From an uncultured Candidatus Rokubacteria bacterium (GTDB lineage Bacteria > Methylomirabilota > Methylomirabilia > Rokubacteriales > DASRDR01): 64,000 bases of DNA. The stretch spans positions 2,016,001 through 2,080,000 of the forward strand of contig CAWDVE010000010.1 in NCBI GenBank assembly GCA_963805625.1. Direction: 5' to 3'. Under the pieces are notes generated by a model, which was not told where the DNA came from, did not search any database, and saw only the letters and a program-made list of their open reading frames with translations. Position numbers and translations under genes: made by a program. The stretch's first letter is position 1. Every line of letters begins with the position of its first letter. Of the stretch, positions 58,356 through 64,000 are shown one piece after another.

Positions 58356-58682
58356 GACGCCCTCCTTTTGGCGTGGCGCACCCGGGTCCCCGCCGGTGGC
58401 AGGCGACCACGAGCAGCTCGTGGCGGAGTTCTACTGATCGTGGGTTAGATGAAGCAGCTCGGCGCTCACCAACTGGGCAAATCCGCGTCGCGGCGCCGCC
58501 TCCTCCAAGGATCCGCAGCATCTCGCAGGCGACGTCCCGTCCCAGCACGGGACCGACCTGTGCGACCTCGCGCGCGGTCGGCGGGCGAGCCTAGCGACCC
58601 CTGAGCGAGTCCCGAAGCGCCGCCGGGATCGCCACTGGCGTGAGCGGCCCGGTGAGGGTGTCGAGGTCACCGTCTGTCCGGA

Positions 58683-61600
58683 TCAGCCTGGACTGCAGGA
58701 TCCGCTCGGCCTCAGATCGGCCTCCGCCTGCGCCAGCCCGAGAGGCATGTCCAGTCCCCGGTACATCATGGCGGCGGCCGTGAGATGCTCTTCAGCCATG
58801 GGATGGTCTCCGAGGCGTCGGTAGAGGCGTCCAAGGCCGAGGTGGGAGTGAGCGACCAGCGGGCGCATGCCCAGCGTCTCGGCCAGAGCCAGCCCCTGGC
58901 GGAGGTGGCGCTCGGCGGCGTCGAAGTCGCCCGGGTCACGGTCAAGCGCCAACTTCCCCAAGAGGTGGAGCGCGCGCGCTTCGTGGCCACGCTCGCCCCG
59001 GTCGCGAGCCAGGGCAAGCGCCCGCTCCGCCGCTGACCGAGCCTCGTCGGGCCGCCCCGCGCGAACGAGGGAATCGCCCTGCCAGACAAGAGTTGGAGCC
59101 AGGACCGCCTGGCGTCGGGTCTGGGCCTGCATCACGGCCGTCTCGAGGAGGGGGAGTCCCTCGGCCGGAGCGCCCCAGGCAGCGCGCGCGTAGCCGAGGG
59201 CACCCATGACCTGAACCTGGTACAGGAGGTTGTCGGTGCGACGACACAGATGGAGCGCCTGGTTCAGGGCCTCGACGGCTGTCGCCAGCTCGCCGCGCTC
59301 GAGATGCACGCGGCCAATGCCGAGGTGGGCCACCACACAGTTGAACGGCTCGTCCTTCGCGAGCTGCAGCGCGCGCTCCCCGCGGGCCACGGCCTCCACG
59401 AACCGTCCCATCTCAGCCAAACAGACGGCGGCCCAGGCGCCCACGACAGGGAGCCGGTTCACGAAGACGCCCGATCGGGGTATCCCCTCGTGCGCGGCAT
59501 CCACCGCCGCCGCCTGATCGTAGAGAGCGAGGGCTTCAGGAAGGTCGCCGGACGACAGGGCGATCTGACCGAGGAAGAATCTCGCGACGAACTCGATCTC
59601 CCAGTCGCCTTCGCCCGTGACGAGCTCCAGCGCCCGCGCCCCGTATTGGCGGGCCCGCTCGTAGGCGGCCGTCTCATAGTAGACGGCCGTCATGAATGTG
59701 TAGACGCGGCCCAGGCGCCGGCGATCCGCCAGCGCCGTGGCGAGGCGCTCCGCCTCCCGCAGGTGCTCGATAACCCGCTCGTGCTCGAGCAGTTGAGCGA
59801 GTGGCGTGCGGACGGCGAGTCGCAGATCGGCCGCCTCCTCCAGCCGGGCCCGTGTCTCCGGGAGGTGACCAAGGGCGAGGAGCGCACGCTCGTAGAGGAC
59901 CGCGGCTTCGGCGGCGGCCGCGGAGCGTGCGTAGACCTTGGCCGCAGCCTGACGAGCATACCTCACGGCTTTCTCCCACATCTCGGCCGCGAGCGAATGA
60001 TGGGCTAGGCGCTCGAACTCACCGGAGAGCCGATCGGCGTGGAGACGCTCGATCGCCTCGACGACGCGGGCGTGAAGGGCCCGCCGCCGCTCGTGCAGGA
60101 GGCCCTGATAGGTCACGTCATGGGTCAGGGCATGCTTGAACGTGTAGCCGACCTCGGGCGCGGTGTGCCTCTCGTAGAGCAACTCGGCCGCCCGGAGGTG
60201 TCTCAGGCCCGACCGCAGCCTTTCGTCCGACACCTCGGCGATCGCACGGAGCAAGGTGAGCGGCACGTCCTTGCCGACGACGGCCGCTGCCTGGAGAAGG
60301 GACTTGTCCTCCGGGACGAGGCGGTCGATCCGAGCGGCGAGGACGGCTCGTACTGTGGGAGGCACTGACAGGGCGTCCAGCGCCTGCTCGAGCCGATAGA
60401 CGCCTCGCTGGCCGACCAGAGCACCCGACTCGACGACAGTCTGGATGCTTTCCTCGAGGAAGAACGGGTTGCCCTCGGTGCGCTCGATCAGAAGCGCCTT
60501 CAAGGGATCGAGGGTCAGGTGGGTTCCAAGGAGCGCGTCGAGCAGGGCCGACGCGCTCTCTGGGGGGAGGGAGTCGACTCGGAGCTGCGTGTAGTAGGTC
60601 TTCCCACCCCAGTCGTGTCGATATTCAGGACGGTAGCTGACCAAAAGCAGAAGCCGGGCGGTCGGGAGCTGTTCGACAAGGGCGTCGAGGACAACCTGCG
60701 TTTCGGAATCACTCCACTGGAGGTCCTCGACGACGACGAGGAGAGGCTGGACGCCGCTCTCGTGGAGGAGAAGGCGCGTGATGAACTCACGGGTGCGCTC
60801 ACGTCGCCGCGTCGGGGCGAGGGCATGCCACGCGTCGTCTTCCACCGGTAGGTCCAGCAGCGCGAGCGGTGCCACGAGATCAGGCTGGAGCATGCTGCCG
60901 GGCGTCAGGAGCCTACCCGTGACCTTCTCCCGGGCCAGTTGCGGATCATCCCGCTCCTGAATCCCGAAGTATCGTCGCAGGAGGTCCACCAGCGGCAGAT
61001 ACAGCGTCGCCGTCCCGTAGGATACCGCATGGCCCTCGAGGACGAGCCAGCCGTGAGTGCGGTGGGAATGGGTCAGCTCCCAAACAAGGCGGGACTTGCC
61101 CACACCAGGTTCGCCGACAAGGGCGACGACCTGCCCGCGGCCGGCGGCAGCGCGGCTGATGGCCTGGCGGAGCTGCTCGATCTCGGCGTCGCGACCGACG
61201 AAGCGGGTGAGACCGCGGGCGGCGGCGGCGTGGAGGCGGGAACGCAACGGGCCGGCGCCGAGCATCTCGTAGGCCTCCACGGGCGCCTCGAGGCCTTTGA
61301 CCAGGCGCAGACCGAGCGGCCGGACCTCTATGTAGCCCTCGGCGAGGCGGAGGGTATCCACGTTCAACAATGTAGTGCCCGGCTCTGCGAGCTGCTCCAT
61401 TCGAGCGGCGAGGTGAGTCGTCTGCCCCACGGCGGTGTAGTCCATCTGGAGATCGCTGCCGATGGCGCCGACGACGACCTCGCCGGAGTTGAGTCCGACC
61501 CGAATCGCCAGGCCCTCCAGCCGATGCGTGTGGCGCACCTCCTCGGCGTACCGCCGAATCGCGGCCTGCATGTCAAGCGCGGCGTAGCAGGCCCGCACCG

Positions 61601-62048
61601 CATGGTCCTCGTGGGCCAGGGGGGCGCCGAAGAGCGCCATGATCCCGTCGCCCATGACCTGATTGACTGTGCCCTCGTAGCGGTGGACGGCCTCCATCAT
61701 GCGCTCGAGCACGGGATCGAGGAGCTTCCGAGCCTCCTCGGGATCCCGGTCGGCCATGAGCTCCATGGAGCCCTTGAGGTCGGCGAAGAGGACGGTGATC
61801 TGCTTGCGCTCGCCCTCAAGGGCGGTCTTTGAGGTCAGAATCTTCTCGGCGAGGTGTTTGGGGGTGTAGGTAGCTGGAGAGATGAACGGAGTTTCGGCTG
61901 CGAGCGGCTGGCCACACTGAAAACAAAAGCGAACGCCGCCGGGCAGCTCTGCACCACACCGCACGCAGGCCTGGGCGAGCTGCGCGCCGCACCCGAGGCA
62001 AAACTTCGCCTGGGGCGGATTGTCCGTCTGGCACTGCGTACACCGCAT
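58683..62048 (-). CDS. Double zinc ribbon-adenylate/guanylate cyclase-AAA ATPase-TPR (STAND-like) protein
   Basis: Four CxxC pairs, ITVLFADLKGS, MGDGIMALFGAP, Walker A GEPGVGKS, VVEDLQW, GNPFFLEE, FKHALTHDV, TPR-like tail. Confidence 0.95.
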   Translation of the reverse strand: MRCTQCQTDNPPQAKFCLGCGAQLAQACVRCGAELPGGVRFCFQCGQPLAAETPFISPATYTPKHLAEKILTSKTALEGERKQITVLFADLKGSMELMADRDPEEARKLLDPVLERMMEAVHRYEGTVNQVMGDGIMALFGAPLAHEDHAVRACYAALDMQAAIRRYAEEVRHTHRLEGLAIRVGLNSGEVVVGAIGSDLQMDYTAVGQTTHLAARMEQLAEPGTTLLNVDTLRLAEGYIEVRPLGLRLVKGLEAPVEAYEMLGAGPLRSRLHAAAARGLTRFVGRDAEIEQLRQAISRAAAGRGQVVALVGEPGVGKSRLVWELTHSHRTHGWLVLEGHAVSYGTATLYLPLVDLLRRYFGIQERDDPQLAREKVTGRLLTPGSMLQPDLVAPLALLDLPVEDDAWHALAPTRRRERTREFITRLLLHESGVQPLLVVVEDLQWSDSETQVVLDALVEQLPTARLLLLVSYRPEYRHDWGGKTYYTQLRVDSLPPESASALLDALLGTHLTLDPLKALLIERTEGNPFFLEESIQTVVESGALVGQRGVYRLEQALDALSVPPTVRAVLAARIDRLVPEDKSLLQAAAVVGKDVPLTLLRAIAEVSDERLRSGLRHLRAAELLYERHTAPEVGYTFKHALTHDVTYQGLLHERRRALHARVVEAIERLHADRLSGEFERLAHHSLAAEMWEKAVRYARQAAAKVYARSAAAAEAAVLYERALLALGHLPETRARLEEAADLRLAVRTPLAQLLEHERVIEHLREAERLATALADRRRLGRVYTFMTAVYYETAAYERARQYGARALELVTGEGDWEIEFVARFFLGQIALSSGDLPEALALYDQAAAVDAAHEGIPRSGVFVNRLPVVGAWAAVCLAEMGRFVEAVARGERALQLAKDEPFNCVVAHLGIGRVHLERGELATAVEALNQALHLCRRTDNLLYQVQVMGALGYARAAWGAPAEGLPLLETAVMQAQTRRQAVLAPTLVWQGDSLVRAGRPDEARSAAERALALARDRGERGHEARALHLLGKLALDRDPGDFDAAERHLRQGLALAETLGMRPLVAHSHLGLGRLYRRLGDHPMAEEHLTAAAMMYRGLDMPLGLAQAEADLRPSGSCSPG

Positions 62049-62145
62049 TCCGGGGCCTCCACGGAGCCAGTGAGCGCGGAGGAATGTGCGCCAAGCCTAG
62101 TCGCCGCATCGTGGCAGGTCAAGCGACTCTCGGAGGGCTGCGCCA

Positions 62146-62653
62146 TCAGAACATCGGAGTCGGGATGTCCCCCCAGCGCACGTGCGCGGGCGGGGTCTCG
62201 ACCGCCGTCACCGCGGGGCCCGAGATGTCGACGCGGGCGACCACGATCGGGTCTCGCCCATACGCGTTCAGGACGATCTCGCGGCCCGACGCGCGCGGGA
62301 CACGCGTGCGGGCCTGCGTGAGTAGCACTTTGTAGTAGCGCCGGTCGAACCCGGCGGGCTGCTGATGCCCTCTAAGCGGCGGATTGCGCTCGAGGGGAAG
62401 ATCCGGCAGCTGCCACTCGAGCGGAACCACGTAGACGATGAGCGTGCCCGGCGCGGCGCGGCGAAGGGCCGTCTTTCTTGGCCAGTTGCATGAGGGGAGC
62501 CGCGTCCCGTTCAGCGGTGAGCGTGGTGCCAAAGACGTCGACGCTGGCGAGATGACCCTGCTGCTAGCTCCACGGTCGTACGACTCCCGGAAGATAGGGA
62601 CCACCGATTGCGATGAGCAAGAAGCCGGCGATGACGATCATCACGAGGGTCAT
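62146..62653 (-). pseudogene. Disrupted hypothetical exported or membrane-anchored protein
   Basis: MTLVMIVIAGFLLIAIGGPYLPGVVRPWS, an in-frame TAG, then an apparent frame change into GTLIVYVVPLEWQLPDLP...WGDIPTPMF. Confidence 0.4.
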
Positions 62654-62884
62654 TAGACAGGCCTCGGAAACTGGCCCATGGGTTGCTTGCATTTCGAGCT
62701 GGGGCCTCTGCAAACCAAGGACGCGAGCTTCTGCAGGCCGCGAGCAGGCACGCGATCCAGCGATCTCCTGGGCGGGTTGAGGAGGCTCTTATTGAGCCTT
62801 GCGCAAGTAATGGAAAGAGCGGACTTGCCCCGGCGCTCGGTGATCTGGTCGAGGGCAACAGGCGATGACGGCTCGAGTGGGTCG

Positions 62885-63601
62885 CTATGCTGGGCGGGCG
62901 GCGACCGCGCCCCCGACGCGCTCGACGCCGGCGAATGCGCTCAGCGTGAGCCAGGTCGGGAAGGCGCGGACGAGCGACGGCGGCCCATCGAGCCGGATCA
63001 GGCCAGCACGGACGGTCTCGGCCAGCCGCACGTCACCCATCCAGACCCGTGTCAGAGTCCGGAGGTCGGCGCTGACCACGATGTCGACCGGAAAACCGGG
63101 GTCCTTGAGGCAGAGGTCGACCTCCCGCCGCTCGAGCACGAGCCACCACGTTCTCGGGCAACGCATGGTCGCCGGCACCCCGCGGAAGTCGAAGCGCACG
63201 ACGACCCGCTCCGAGGGCAGCGCTTCCAGGTTCACACGCCGGTGGATGTCCCACATGAGCAGGCCCGGGTCCAGGTCACCCCGGTCGACCTGTGCGCGGG
63301 CCCACCGCTGGCCCCACTCGCCGAGGCACTCGATAAGCGGCCGCAACTCCTCACCCGCCGCGGTGAGGTGGTATTCGCGCCCGCGGCCATGCGGCCTGGC
63401 CACGCTCCGCACGATGCCGGCGTCCTCGAGCTGTTCGAGACGTCCGGCGAGGAGCGTGCGCGACATCAGGGGCACACCCCGGTGGAGGTGGCTGAAGCGA
63501 CGGCTCCCGCAGAGCAGCTCGCGCAGGACGAGCGGGGTCCATCGCTCGGCGACGATCTCGGCCGCCTTGGCGACCGGGCAGAACTGGCCGTACCCCTTCA
63601 T
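62885..63601 (-). CDS. HxlR-family winged-helix regulator with C-terminal SCP2-like domain
   Basis: YGQFCPVAKAAEIVAERWTPLVLRELL, YHLTAAGEEL, DLCLKDPGF. Confidence 0.92.
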   Translation of the reverse strand: MKGYGQFCPVAKAAEIVAERWTPLVLRELLCGSRRFSHLHRGVPLMSRTLLAGRLEQLEDAGIVRSVARPHGRGREYHLTAAGEELRPLIECLGEWGQRWARAQVDRGDLDPGLLMWDIHRRVNLEALPSERVVVRFDFRGVPATMRCPRTWWLVLERREVDLCLKDPGFPVDIVVSADLRTLTRVWMGDVRLAETVRAGLIRLDGPPSLVRAFPTWLTLSAFAGVERVGGAVAARPA

Positions 63602-63705
63602 CCTGTCTCGAGGGTAGTGAACGGCGGAGGGCGTCGCAAGTCCATTTTTTGTGCTTTACCGCCCGGCCGGCCGGAGCCATCCTGCCGGTCACCAGGAGGT
63701 GCCCT

Positions 63706-64000
63706 ATGGTTGCTCGATCAGCTCTCGAGACTGAGCGTCGCGACGGCACCGCTCTCGACGATGCGGCCCTCGCCGACCTGGCGCCACACTTCCGTGGAGA
63801 GCTCATCCGTCCCGGCGACCCGCCGTACGACGCCGCCCGCGCCATCTGGAACGGTGCGATCGATCGTCATCCCGGGCTCGTCGCGCGCTGCACCGGCGCC
63901 GCCGACGTCCGTGCCGCCGTCCGTTTCGCGCGCGAGCACGATCTTCTCGTCGCCGTGCGAGGCGGCGGCCACAACGTCGCCGGCACCGCGGTGTGTGACG
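63706..64000 (+). CDS. FAD-binding oxidoreductase (berberine-bridge-like), 5' part
   Basis: AGGAGG RBS; YDAARAIWNGAIDRHPGLVARC...AVRGGGHNVAG (FAD-linked His motif). Truncated by the window edge. Confidence 0.9.
   Translation, partial: MVARSALETERRDGTALDDAALADLAPHFRGELIRPGDPPYDAARAIWNGAIDRHPGLVARCTGAADVRAAVRFAREHDLLVAVRGGGHNVAGTAVCD

Noticed and set aside
57382-58548. Alternative frame giving a His-Gly/Asp-Gly repeat that looks like a metal-binding tract
   Set aside because: Repeat variation is non-synonymous in this frame and synonymous in the MG frame; the RBS and PAP2 motifs belong to the MG frame.

Overview
High-GC bacterial window. The gene content (STAND-type adenylate cyclase, PagL-like barrel, many solute-binding proteins) resembles Ca. 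Rokubacteria/Methylomirabilota, but that is inference only. It is mostly catabolic and transport genes: a cobalt-type nitrile hydratase operon (beta-alpha-activator, with the activator fused to a Cys-rich thioredoxin-like ferredoxin domain); a Liv-type ABC, amidase, PuuE-like deacetylase, LeuCD and ICL-family cluster; TPP, FAD and flavin (LLM) enzymes; three peptide/nickel-type ABC clusters and one sugar-type ABC cluster, all without ATPase genes; and a cyclase/M20/DUF6282 hydrolase operon. Near the right end is an unusual trio: a gluzincin-like metallopeptidase, a vanadium-haloperoxidase/PAP2 protein starting with (Met-Gly)15, and a zinc-ribbon adenylate cyclase-AAA-TPR protein. Intergenic gaps hold short relics (attC-like site with a cassette fragment, degenerate tRNA, IS481-like, serine recombinase and SNF2 helicase fragments). 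No rRNA, intact tRNA or CRISPR array was seen. All family calls come from motif recognition by eye, with no database search.
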